From Amphiscolops sp. MND2022 (taxonomy: Eukaryota): a stretch of DNA of 64,000 nt. Position 1 is the stretch's first letter. Each line of letters opens with the position of its first letter. Position numbers and translations under genes: made by a program. The stretch covers positions 78,680,001 to 78,744,000 of the forward strand of contig OZ076409.1 of NCBI GenBank assembly GCA_964187785.1, given 5' to 3'. The notes beneath the pieces were generated by a model. It was not told the origin of the DNA. It saw only the letters and a list, made by a program, of their open reading frames with translations, and made no database searches. This document shows, one piece after another, positions 32,401 to 45,400 of this stretch.

Positions 32401-35400
32401 CCTTGTAATACATTCAAGTGTGTTTTAAATACAAAACATAGGTTCATTTTGAGGAAGGAGCTTTTTCATTTCGGAGATTCATTTCCATGTTTGTTCTTTT
32501 GATATGATCAACAATGACGTCAATGGTGGCCTATAGGGGATTATAGTAACAACTAGGTTTCGCAATTGCGCTTCTAATCAGTCACCATACTTGTATATTT
32601 TGATACTGAACTTGTTTTCACTACAACCATCCGGAAAAATTTACACAACTTTCAAGAACATATTTTCAATTTGTTTGCCCAATTATTTGGTATAAAATCA
32701 CTTTTTACAGCTCCAAAAGCCCAGAAACTCAATCATGGGAATCAAGTTTTAGCTCGATAGTTTTAATTACACGCGCTTGTGTCATGCCTAGATTGTAAGG
32801 CGAGGCTTGTTGAATATTTTAATATACTTCTAGTTTTGTCTTGAAAGTGGATGTTTTGGAAACATTTTAAAATCAGTTCGTGTTTGGCAGCGCCCTGCTT
32901 ACCAAAAGCTACACGTGGAGCCACTTTGACAGTATCTTAGGAGTGCTTCAGGGTCCAGTAGGTTTTGGAGCGCTAATATTGTAGCAAGAACAAAAATGCG
33001 CAATAATAACAAAACTTAATGTATATTGAAAACATGCGAGATATTTTCCGCCCAAAACTGTTCTAGCAACGACATAAGTTTAAGGCTTGAGTGTAGACAA
33101 TGAACTATGAAAATGCAAAGAACTTTGAAAGTATGAGAGATTAGATTATTGCCATTTATTATCACATTTTGAAAGAAAACACTTAATTTGAGAACATAAA
33201 TGTTTGGTTGATGAACTGTGTGAATACCGGTACCCGCGTAAAAAAACGCTATCAAAATGCCAAAAAGTTCTAAAGTTGCGAATATTGAAGGAAACTCAGT
33301 TCTTGAAAGAATTGGTGAAATTTCTAGATACCATCTCCCAAAGCAAGCTGAATTTCCATTGTTGCAGTCACCTCGTCAACTGATCGTCGACTTGCCGTTG
33401 TGAATTTAGCTCTAGGTCACAAAGACCTGACTGCCCGTTGGTGTCTTATTATTTTCCGCCCATATTTCATATGGGAAAGGAAAATATTTAAATCGAACGG
33501 TTTTTTTTACAAAATTTGCCATGAATTTATTTATATCAAAGCTAAAGGGTTTCACCCATAGAATTCAGCTCACATAAATTTAGCTTCGTGCGATTTGTAC
33601 TTGTGGAGATTTCCGGACTTTTTTAGTTGACCACAAGGACCAAAGAATGACCCCAAAATAACTCAAAAATGACCACAAAAAGCGAAAATTTGCGTTTTTT
33701 TACGCTTTAATGCAATTTTTGTCAAGATTCCGATAAATATCGTGGATTAGAATGTTGAAAAGATTCACTTTCAACATGTGGAATATGCACATGTTATCAA
33801 TCTTGTTAGTAAAATTTCAACAGCAGAATTTTCAGTTGCTCCTGGACTTTCAAGTCGTTCATCCTTAGCTTAGTGGGATGATCACTGACAAAGAACAAGG
33901 CATTTGGCGGAGAAAAGCAAAAATAAAAAAAGCAGCGGTGAACAATCGCATCTTTGTGACCTTGAGCCAATCACTTTGAAATCACAGCACTTGAAAAATC
34001 AGTTCTTGATTTTGGTCTTTTAATCGTTTGTTCGTAACGGACTATTTGAAACGCTTAATAATCAACTCACATACATCAAAGCATGCTTCAAGTCTTTGTA
34101 AATAAATAAGATAACAGGAGCGGTTTTTTATTTATGCCTATGGTATCAAAATTGCAGTAAACTAAATGTGCTTCCCGTTTATGAGAACAGAAAGTAAGTC
34201 CAGTTTAGTATAAGCATTCCAAAATCCATTTTACAAAGATTTTAGACGGCGTAGACCAAAAAAAGGAAAGTTCATCTCCTTGATTCCGCGGGGTGGACGC
34301 CAAAAAATACAGTTCTGCTTTTCTAAGTCGGCGCCTTTTCAGATACGCAGAAAGCTTTAGTACCATATTTGCACCCAAGTAGTCCAGCAATGGTCAACTT
34401 GGAATATTGGTTTGAAGCTGTGGTTTCAAAGTGATTGGCTCAAGGTCACAAAGATGCGATTGTTCACCGCTGCTTTTTTAATTTCTGCTTTTCTCCGCCA
34501 AATGCCTTGTTCCTTGTCACTGATCATCCCACTAAGCTAAGGATGAACGACTTGCTTAAGACCCAATAATCGTGAGTTGGGAAAGATACCAATAAAACAA
34601 GATTTTTTTCGGGAATCAGTTACACTTCTTGCAATAGTTATAGCCTTACTTTAGTTGATACACGATGACATCACAGATAAAAACTGAACTCCTCAGTTAA
34701 AATGTACAAGGTTGAAAAATTTTATGTCATTCTCTTAAATTAGGATGTCTTACGCCAAAGTCTCCTTAGTTAAAATCTCCCGTATTATGAAATTATGATT
34801 AGCTACGTTCGTATACCAATAGTGACCTAAATGCAGGACCGAAACGAATAAGAGAGACGTGCCATTACTTTACCAGCGCGAGCGACTGGTTTTACGAAGG
34901 CGGAGGTGAAGAAGTGCGAAGCACCTCTGGGGAAGGAACACCGAGTGATACAACCAGTGCTTTGATTTCATTCGATTGAGAAGAACTTAACCTAGGAGCT
35001 TTTGACGTGGAAGATTTCAACATGGATGACACTGTTACATAACAAGTATCGCAAGCGAAAACTATGAAAGCTCATTATATTCTTTTACAAGCATTTGACA
35101 ACAAAATTCATGAGCAAAATTTCGTCCAGATTTTGGGCAGAATTACGATGTTCTCTTCGGTTTCCAAAGCGAATCAAGTTTTAAACAAAAGCTGTTTCAC
35201 ATTGTATATTGTCGTTTTGGAACTTTGAAATTAGCAATTTTTCGAAAATCACTGTTCTGAAAAAAAACTTTCCGGGATTATTTTTGAAGCTTTGGTATAT
35301 TTTACTAAGTCGTTTTTTCTGACAAACTGGTTTCTCAAGAAAATGAACAGCTAATTGAAAAACAGTTCTAATTTCATGGATACACTACAGTAAATTTGTC

Positions 35401-38400
35401 GAGTAAAAACTGAACTGTATTTACTGTTTCAGACTTTTAAGCTATGTAATAATTAAACGACAGCGTTTCCAGAAAACGTGTTGGCTTAAAAACTTACAGG
35501 TCAGAGTCGTAGGTACAGGATGTGTGTTGGTATTTTCCGTTGTTAATAGTGGTTTGCGAGATAATGCGTGATATTTTTTTAAATACGATACCAAACACTT
35601 CTTTGATTCCAAAACAAAAAACACTTCTGTAAATAATCGAAAATCCAAAGGTTTTTGCTCATGAGTTTTTGTCAAATGAAAATATAAAATCTTAGTGTGC
35701 TTTCAAATATTTCGCTGGTAAGTTTGAGTGTTTTAGTTTTTCGCTACCCTTGTCTTCTCAATTAAACTAACCAAGAGAACAAGTTAGCAATTAAAATGGT
35801 TTCGTTCATAGAATGGAACAATGAATTCACAAGGGTTAATAATGTTGGTTGCCGCCAATGAGTGTTAGAATGCCAGAATCATATGGGCTACATATTCAGA
35901 GCCTGTACAGATCACTGGTACTTTCTTCGATTTTTCGATCTTTTTTTCGACGTTCCTGCTAGGTATTCTGATCTTACTAGTATCAAGAAAATAGCCATGT
36001 AATCCATTGCTGGCTATGGACACCATCTCATGAAACGCCATGAAAAGCTAAGGTTATCTAATCGAACTTTGAATTGAACTTAATTGGTGATTTTGGCAAC
36101 CCGTGAATGATATGATTATGTACAGATCGAATATTTATGTCCTCACCATCTGTGACGTATTTCAATATACGTATTTCAAGTCGTCGGCTTTTGTTAAGCA
36201 CTAATCATTTTGAAAACGTGACGTGATAGCGTTTGAAGACATTGGCGAAATAGATACGCATGTTGGGTTGTGAAAACAAAACCATTACGCAATTGTTTTG
36301 AAAACATTAAACTTGTCATTGTGAAATTATTTAGGAGGCCGTTGCTTATGAGAATTGCTGGCGTGCAATTAGGAAAGGTAAACCGGAATAACAGAACATT
36401 TGTGGGGCACTTTGCGGATATGTACAAGAAAATAATCTTATCTGAAGGTAGAAGAGACTCCCAGCGAAGGCGGATCTGATTTAATAACACAAGCACGCAT
36501 GAACAGTTTAGGAGCGTTTGAAGCTCAAGTCAGAAGATCTCGGATTAGGAAACGTTAGATAAACATGAAAAACTCGGGATTGTTTCACATGCACCTGCTA
36601 ACTAGTACCACGTTCAAAAAGAGATTTCATTTTGTGACCAGATAGAGTTTCGAAATAAAAAGGCTCAAAAGTGAGTCTTTAAATCACTAAATAGTACTAA
36701 ACAAATATAGTACAAAATAATACGTTAAAACTTAAATCGCAATGTGTTTGTGGGAATCGCACTGTTTATTGACCCGAAAAACAATAAAGGGTAATAAATA
36801 ACTACAAAATTTCGGGTTTCCGGATATTTCAGTGAATACCACGTGCTTTGTGATTTGCGCAGAAATTAACCAGCTTCCAAGGTCGACAAAACTTCATTTT
36901 CTATTCGATATAAATTTTCTTCCAAGAAAAGTTTTCGCCTTGATATTCTCTTGAGATGTTTACTCATCAACCGTTAAAAAAGGATAGTCGAACACAAACA
37001 GGATTTAAAAGACAAATAAACAGAAAATAGCTTCAAAGTTTGAATACGTCGTGATGTTCATTAAAGTTCTGAAACATCGTTCTTGAAAAAACTTCCAAAG
37101 AACGTGTCCTTGATTAGTGAATAGCATTTTAAAAAAATTGAACAACTATCGATTACTGATAAACATGTATTTATGTTCGACATTACAAGCTACTTTATAA
37201 GTTGATTTATAGCTAGTTTACCAATTTTGATAATCGTAATTTCCGTAAAAATTTTAACTTGTTTTTCAAAAAGCAAGCAGTTTTTATCTCGTTTCCATCT
37301 CACTTCATTTGAAAAAGTGGTGGAACTTCCAAAAGTAGATATTACCAATTTGCTCGAATTCTCCATATCACAGTCCTTCAAACGACTTTCCTTCAGAATC
37401 TTACCTGTTTGCTGAAAGTTTCGTTTGAAATCAATAGTTTCCACTGTGGACGGTTTACGCTAAACCCAAGCATGCCTACTCTTGGCAGCATTGATTGTCA
37501 AAAAAACATTGCCTTGTAATACATTCAAGTGTGTTTTAAATACAAAACATAGGTTCATTTTGAGGAAGGAGCTTTTTCATTTCGGAGATTCATTTCCATG
37601 TTTGTTCTTTTGATATGATCAACAATGACGTCAATGGTGGCCTATAGGGGATTATAGTAACAACTAGGTTTCGCAATTGCGCTTCTAATCAGTCACCATA
37701 CTTGTATATTTTGATACTGAACTTGTTTTCACTACAACCATCCGGAAAAATTTACACAACTTTCAAGAACATATTTTCAATTTGTTTGCCCAATTATTTG
37801 GTATAAAATCACTTTTTACAGCTCCAAAAGCCCAGAAACTCAATCATGGGAATCAAGTTTTAGCTCGATAGTTTTAATTACACGCGCTTGTGTCATGCCT
37901 AGATTGTAAGGCGAGGCTTGTTGAATATTTTAATATACTTCTAGTTTTGTCTTGAAAGTGGATGTTTTGGAAACATTTTAAAATCAGTTCGTGTTTGGCA
38001 GCGCCCTGCTTACCAAAAGCTACACGTGGAGCCACTTTGACAGTATCTTAGGAGTGCTTCAGGGTCCAATAGGTTTTGGAGCGCTAATATTGTAGCAAGA
38101 ACAAAAATGCGCAATAATAAAACTTAATGTATATTGAAAACATGCGAGATATTTTCCGCCCCAAACTGTTCTAGCAACGACATAAGTTTAAGGCTTGAGT
38201 GTAGACAATGAACTATGAAAATGCAAAGAACTTTGAAAGTATGAGAGATTAGATTATTGCCATTTATTATCACATTTTGAAAGAAAACACTTAATTTGAC
38301 AACATAAATGTTTGGTTGATGAACTGTGTGAATACCGGTACCCGCGTAAAAAAACGCTATCAAAATGCCAAAAAGTTCTAAAGTTGCGAATATTGAAGGA

Positions 38401-41400
38401 AACTCAGTTCTTGAAAGAATTGGTGAAATTTCTAGATACCATCTCCCAAAGCAAGCTGAATTTCCATTGTTGCAGTCACCTCGTCAACTGATCGTCGACT
38501 TGCCGTTGTGAATTTAGCTCTAGGTCACAAAGACCTGACTGCCCGTTGGTGTCTTATTATTTTCCGCCCATATTTCATATGGGAAAGGAAAATATTTAAA
38601 TCGACCGGGTTTTTTTTACAAAATTTGCCATGAATTTATTTATATCAAAGCTAAAGGGTTTCACTCATAGAATTCAGCTCACATAAATTTAGCTTCGTGC
38701 GATTTGTACTTGTGGAGATTTCCGGACTTTTTTAGTTGACCCCAAGGACCAAAGAATGACCCCAAAATAACTCAAAAATGACCACAAAAAGCGAAAATTT
38801 GCGTTTTTTTACGCTTTAATGCAATTTTTGCCAAGATTCCGATAAATGTCGTGGATTAGAATGTTGAAAAGATTCACAAAGACAAGAACTCGTTGTCCAG
38901 TAGTCGTTTATGAAGAGATAAATGCGGTTTTTTGGAAAAAAAGACCCAAAAATGACAAAGAAACCCAAAAATTTCCAGAATTTTAACGTTTTTAAGCAAT
39001 TTTTGTTAAATTTTCGATGGAATTTGTGGACTAGAATGTTGAAAACGATCAACATGGCACAAATTTGTTGTCCAGTAGGCGTTTCCGAAGAGATAATGGC
39101 TGTTTTTTATTTGAAAAAAGTCTCAACTTGACACCGAAAATGACAAAAGTCCCTAAATTTCCATTTTTCAAAGTTTCTACGCTTTTTTCGTCAAATTTTG
39201 GAGACTTCGAGGATTGGAATGTTTTGAGGGGTCAACAAGGAAAACGTTGGTTGTCCAGTAACCATTTTTAAGAGTTTATTGCATTTTTCTAAACAAAAAT
39301 GTCTCAAATTGACACCGAAATTGACAAAAACACAAAGTTTTCTAATTTTCAAAGTAGTTTTATGCATTTTTTGGCTTTATGCATTTCAAAGGGCCTCAAA
39401 TTGACCTGAGATGTCAAAACTTTGAAGTTTTTGTCGTTTTTGATGCAATTTCTGTAGATTTTTTGAAAGATGTTCTAAGTTCCGCAATCCACTCAACAAC
39501 GAAAAAACGAGCTATGCAATGTTTTTTTTTGAAGAGAACATTACAGTGTTTTGCTTCACAAACACTTCAGAATGACTGCAAAGGAGTCGAAAAATTTCAA
39601 CTTTGTTTTTGTGCAACTTGTGTACTTTTTGAATCGTTTTGGTGTCAAAATGTCAGCAAACGTTCAACAAAGACTAAACTCTCATTCAATTTAAGCTTTC
39701 TGGGGAATATTTGCAGCTTTCGGTTGGAAAATGGCTGAAAAGTGACCCCAAAAAGTCGAAAGCTTGAAAAGTTTTGTCGATTTCTCACATTTTCAGTGAA
39801 TTTTTATTTGAGATTGGAAAATTTTGGTAAACTAAAAAGTTCAAAACGCTCGCGTTGATAAAACTAGGTCCGGAACACGGTTTTAAAGAATGCCTGATAT
39901 ATGGTCGGAAGTTTCCTCAAAAAGACACAATTATTGGAAAAACTGAAAATTTTCAAGTTTTTTTACATTTTCAGGCAGTTTTTTGTTCATTTTTTGAACT
40001 AATTCCTTGCATAAAATGGTTTTAAACACTCAACACTAACTCATCCGGGTATCTCCAGTAGGCAATTTTCAAGAGATAACTGCATGTTTTGTTGTAATTG
40101 GTCTCAAAAACACCCAAAAATCCATGAAACAACAAAAAAGCACGTTGTTTGACAAACTAATCCCATTGTTTGTTCAAGCCACGAAAGCTTTCAAGGAAGA
40201 GGAGTTCCAATGACCTCAGCGTTTGAACAATAAGGTATTCAAAACGCAATTGTGAGAAAAAGAGGCATGAAGTTCATCGAGTTTACAGCAAAGATGTAAA
40301 AGTTTCCGAAATTTCTTTATTTTCGACAACATAGTCCCAATTTTGGACACTTTCCTAAAATTTACTTCAATGAGAAATATCATAGGCTCAGTATTGAAAC
40401 GTCTAGCTACCGGTAGTGTTCCGTAAAGATATTAGACAAGTTTATTCGCACAACTTTCAAATACTTTACTTGAAAACGTAAATTTCAACCTCATTTGTCC
40501 AATATTTGTCATTCAAAAACCTCCAAGCAAATTCGTTAGAAATGGAGTACATCTTCCTAAGAAAGATGTTTCGAGCTACTCGTGGGTTAGAATGGTGTAA
40601 AACATTCAACAACAGCTAAACTCGGTATCCAGTAGGCTTATTTTTGAAGATTGAACATCTGTATATTCATGTTCGAAAAGTTCCTCAAATTGACCCTAAA
40701 CTTGTCAAAACTATTTGCAATTTTTGACACTTCTGGTGAAACAATGTACAATAATATAACAAACCGGGATTGCTCAACTTTCCTAAATTTGGAACAGACC
40801 TAATTTCAAGCTTTTACCATTTTCTTTTTTACCATTAACGAAACGAGTTTCAGCTCGCGAAACTGCTTTTCTCAAGCCGAAATGTGCAATGAAAGCAAGG
40901 GGTACACTTTGACCAAATGAAAGTACAGAGTCTAAAAAAACTTAAATGAGGTATTTCCCACAATCAAAAAGTAAACTCATCAGCTCCACATGATCAAAAG
41001 TAACAAAGAGGTCACCCTCAAGACTCGGGAAACTTGTTTCCTTTACAGAAAACCTCAAAAACTAAAAATTTTGAAAATTGTTTTTAAAAAATTATTTTCA
41101 AAAATTTTATTGAAAACTTTCTTTTTTTCTCGGTAAGTCGCATAGTGCCGAAAAAACGAAAAGTGACCAGCACTCTTAAATAATATACTAGGGATTTCCT
41201 TTAAAATGGGGTACGATGAATCAAAATTTTCTTTTCTTCGAACTTATTGGCGTTTTTATAGTGCATTGGCTTATTCTTGAGGCTCAAACTTATGCAGTTG
41301 TAGAACAGTTCGGGGCGGAAAATATCCCGCTGCTCAGCGGGCGTCTTGTTTTTGGTTTCTCCGATAGTTGCTTTTTTTGCCAAGACACCTCTACTAAACT

Positions 41401-41937
41401 AGAGGTTACGAGCTTGCTCGAAGCCCAACTTGGCTGAGTCGAGAGAGATTCGAATCTGAATAACAGAACTAACGCTTTAACAACTTCACAATAGTCCTCA
41501 AAACTAAAAACTTTGGTTCCTTTTACAAAATTGTTCATCAGAAAACTCTATCGTTCCAAGTGCAAAAGTAGAATAAGTGACTGGTAGCTAAAAAGTTCGT
41601 CGGTTTTCTGGAACTCCACTACTCCAGAAACACACAATAGTCCTTGTGAAATTATTAAAAAACATTTGGAAAAAGGGATTTTTACTTTGTTTCTTTCGGG
41701 TTTTTATCAACAAAAGTTGAAAATTCTCAGCAGAAAAACATGCTCAGTAGCCATAAAGATTTTGTTTTTTCAAACTGGGAATTTGCAAATCCATGGAAAT
41801 GTTCTAATATACACAAGTTTGAGCTAAACTTGAAAAATATATATTTCTACTAGCCATAATTTCGGTCTTACGCGAACAAGTCGAAAATTGTTTTAGTACT
41901 ACGCGAACAAACGAAAAACGATGTCGCAAAAAGAATC

Positions 41938-42243
41938 AACAAGCCGGGACCGGCCCAAGTCGGCACCATATCTAAGGCTCAAATATAGCAAAAGGAGTTC
42001 AAATTGTCAAACTGTTGGTGAATTGGGGACCCTTTTATGAAAAAAAATGGAAAAAAGTCTCACAATGCCGAAAAAACTGAAAAGGGGAGACCCTTTGGTA
42101 TTTTTCAACATCCATTCTGTCGCAAAACTCCAAAAAAACTGAAGAAGGGAACCTTTGGGGAATTATTTTTCCCAAAAAAGTCTCGCAATGCCGAAAAAAC
42201 TAAGGAGGGAACATTTGGTCTCGTCCGGTATTGTATGTTACGC
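41938..42243 (-). mobile_element. Truncated DINE/HINE-like repeat
   Basis: AACAAGCCGGGACCGGCCCAAGTCGGC end and internal TTTTTCAACATCCATTCTGTCGCAAAAC are shared, inverted, with 50941-51619. Confidence 0.7.
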
Positions 42244-42489
42244 TAATACAAAACACGACATGAAAACTTCATTCTTTGACTGTTTCTGCGCACTTCACTG
42301 CATAGAAACACCAAAGTCTTTGAACACTTAAGATGACTTTTGAGATCCACCGAACTTTTTGAATGTTGAATAAAGTTCTGCAGAAAGGGTCGAAAATATG
42401 GAAATATTGTTTCTACTTTTTTAAAAAGTATTTTATAAAATTTTCCGAAAAATGTTTTCCAACTTCTCTTCTGAAACGCATTTCGATAG

Positions 42490-45400
42490 TGTTGTATTCT
42501 ATGAACTAGACTTGTAATATAAGAGTTTGTAAGAAACAATGTTTTCTCTAGCACAAAGTTTAGTGTAATGAAAGCTGAATAATCTAGAGAACTATATAGT
42601 TGTTAGTAAACAACAATAACAAAGGTAACTAAAAATAGCAACGGATTGTTTATCAACAGTTAATCTAAATTTGTCTGTTGTTCATTATTCTTCATTTCCC
42701 CCTCTGCAATTGGATGGGAACTATCCAATGGGGTTCCGTTGCAGTCCATAGTTTTGTGGTCGGTAACCTGGCCACGTCTCTTTATTGAATCCGGGCTTCC
42801 GTGATTAGCAGTTGTTGAATCCGGGCTTCCGTGATTGGCATTTTGTTTTTCCATTGAGTGGTTTAATTGTTTTCTTCGCCGGTCTGTTCTTCCCCTCCTC
42901 CTGTGTCTCCGGTAAAGGTGACAGATTTAGTCTTTTTATTGTGTTTCCTGTAACAATCTTGGTTAACCGGGTTGTTCAATCTTACTATAGGATTAGTTTT
43001 GGTTAGACGTTTTGACCGGCGTAGGTTATTTTCCTCTGTTTTTTCTAGTTCTTTTTCTATTTCAGTGCTTGAACTTAAATTGCTAGCGAGTTCTAGGTCT
43101 GATTCTTCTATTTTATCAAAAGTATCGTAGGTTACCTTACCGTTATGATCTTTGATATGAAGTTCTTGGCCTGAATTTTGTGTGTCCTTGATTATCTGTT
43201 CAATGTCGGGTGCCGACATTTGCTCTGAATTTGCGGTTAGTGTGCCTAGGTGTTCGTCGTTGCCATTCCCGGGTCTCACTTCGGGGGGGGGGGGCTTTGT
43301 TGTCCTCTTTCTCTGATCAATTTGGCCATTTTTGGTCTCCCTCTGCCAAATGTTCCGGTCTTTTTGGTGATCGGTGGTTCTGGACTGGTGTCCGATTGAT
43401 CGTCTTGAGATTGGAGCTTTCTGGGGGTATCTGGTGATTTGCTCTCTTTGCGGGCAAATCGTCCGTCCGGTCCTCTTGGTCCGGTGCCTCTGTTGGATGG
43501 TTCCTGTTCAAATGGTTTAACTGGTTTACTGATTAGTTGACGGTGGATTAATTTGTTATCTGCTGTAGTTATCGTATGATTGGTCCCTTTTATTGCCGTT
43601 TGCAACTGATCTGAGTAGGGACTCTCGAACTTAGTTTTTTGATTTTTTCTTTCGAAAAATTTAAACGGGTATTCGCTTACCGTCTTTGTCGATTTTCTTT
43701 TTTGTTTCATTGGCAGATGGTCGGAGCTACCGCCTTCTCCACTGAATGTATAGACTTGTAAAGTCTCTGGTTTTGCTGAAAAGGAATGGTTGTTTGTTAG
43801 TTTTTTGATTTCATTTAGGTTTAACATGTTACTTAGTTCCGTATTTGGTTCCCTTCCGAAATGTAGTTCGAATGCCGATTTTTTAAGTCTGGTGTGTGGT
43901 GTAGTCCGCATTACGTACAGTGCTAGATCGAGAGCTTTTCCGAACGGTTCTCCCGCTTTTATATTCGTTAATAAATTTTCCTTTAGGGTTCTTACGCCCC
44001 GCTCCACCAGACCGGTTTGGGTGTGTATGTACGGTGTTCCGTATATTATTGAAATGTAATTCTTTTTGCAGAATTCTCTGAAGAAGCGTCCTGTGAATGC
44101 CGATGCTTTATCGGTTCGTATTGTTTTTGGTATTCCGTTTAGTTGGATATACTGTTGTAAAAATTTTACAGCCGTTTCTCCGTTGTTTTGCACAAACTGG
44201 CGGCCGGCCTTTTGCTATACCGGTCAATGGATAGTAAAATGTAAAATCTACGGTTCCCTTCCGTGATTGGTCCGATGAAATCCAATTGGATTTCTTCATT
44301 CGATGCGTTCAATGGCGGTAAATGGTTTTGTTCCGTCTTAGGTAGGTTAGGTTTTAAATTCTTACCGGAAAGTTTGCACGGTATGCAGCTGTCGCATTTT
44401 CTTTGAATTGCCTCGGTTAGCTTCGGCCACCAGAAGTGTTTCGCTGCGATGGTCATCTTATTTATTGCTGGATGTCCTTTGTGGAGGAGTGAGATGACGG
44501 TTGTCCTTAGATTTGCGGGCACGATAATTTTCTCTTCGAAGAATACCAATCCATATCTTGTGGACAATTTCCTTTTGTATTGGTTGTATTCCTCGGGGAT
44601 GTTGTCATATTGCTTTCTTTCTAAGCATACGAGTGTTTTCAATAGTTTCGGGTCATTCGTCGTTTCTGTCATCAGCAACTGGAGGTCCGTTGCAAACTCT
44701 TTTTCGGTTTCCCTAACGGTATTTTCATGGTCCCAGTTGTTCGGTTCAATTGCTTGAATTCTTGGTGCATGGCCCATTTTGATGTATTGAACACTCTTTA
44801 TGCCAATGTAGTTGGCCCAGTTAATGGTCGGTACCTCCAGTACCGATGGAGCCATCTCGGAATCACTCGAGATTTCCCCTTCCTCCATTGGTACTTCTTC
44901 CGGGCGAGCTGTTGATGTGCCGGGTTGGCTTGTGTTTCTTGGAATAAATCCTCCTTCGAAGTTTCTTGCTCCGGTAAATTGCCAGTCGGGTAAATAATCA
45001 TTCTGTGGTTGATTATGAATGGGCCGCTTTCTAACTTCTACGGCCGGGCTTTCTAATCTACTGATAATCTCCAGTAGTTTTTCTTCGATGGTTTTTCTCT
45101 CATTGCGAAGGAATTTCGGTTCGTGGTATTTCTTCCACTTGCCGTTTGATAGCCGGTACACTCCTGGCTTTACGATATTTCGCCATCTCTCGAATAAATC
45201 CGTAGTCTCTTGGGAGGAATCAATTGATTCAAGAGTGTCAATGGTTCTTGCGTCCATTGTTATCGGAATAGAATTCTGATTAAGTTTCGCGTTACTGTTT
45301 GAAATGCGGTCAAGGCTGTTAATGGCGTTTTGTTCACGCGCGTTGTCCGATGATCGCTTATTGTCTACTTTTGGTCCGTTCTCGCGATATGATTGGTTGA

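Larger units (their letters stand above)
1..38877. repeat. Tandem array of ~5.1-kb units: partial unit 1 (1-1183 joined to 26381-28667), unit 2 (28668-33768), unit 3 (33769-38877)
   Basis: Position 1 recurs at 30312 and 35413; GCACCTGCTAACTAG recurs at 26381, 31482 and 36591 (periods 5101 and 5109). Identical short ORFs repeat in the track. Similarity ends after ...GATTCAC at 38877. Confidence 0.97.

Noticed and set aside
41410..41490. Possible tRNA on the minus strand
   Set aside because: Degenerate head of the same SINE family; too decayed to annotate.
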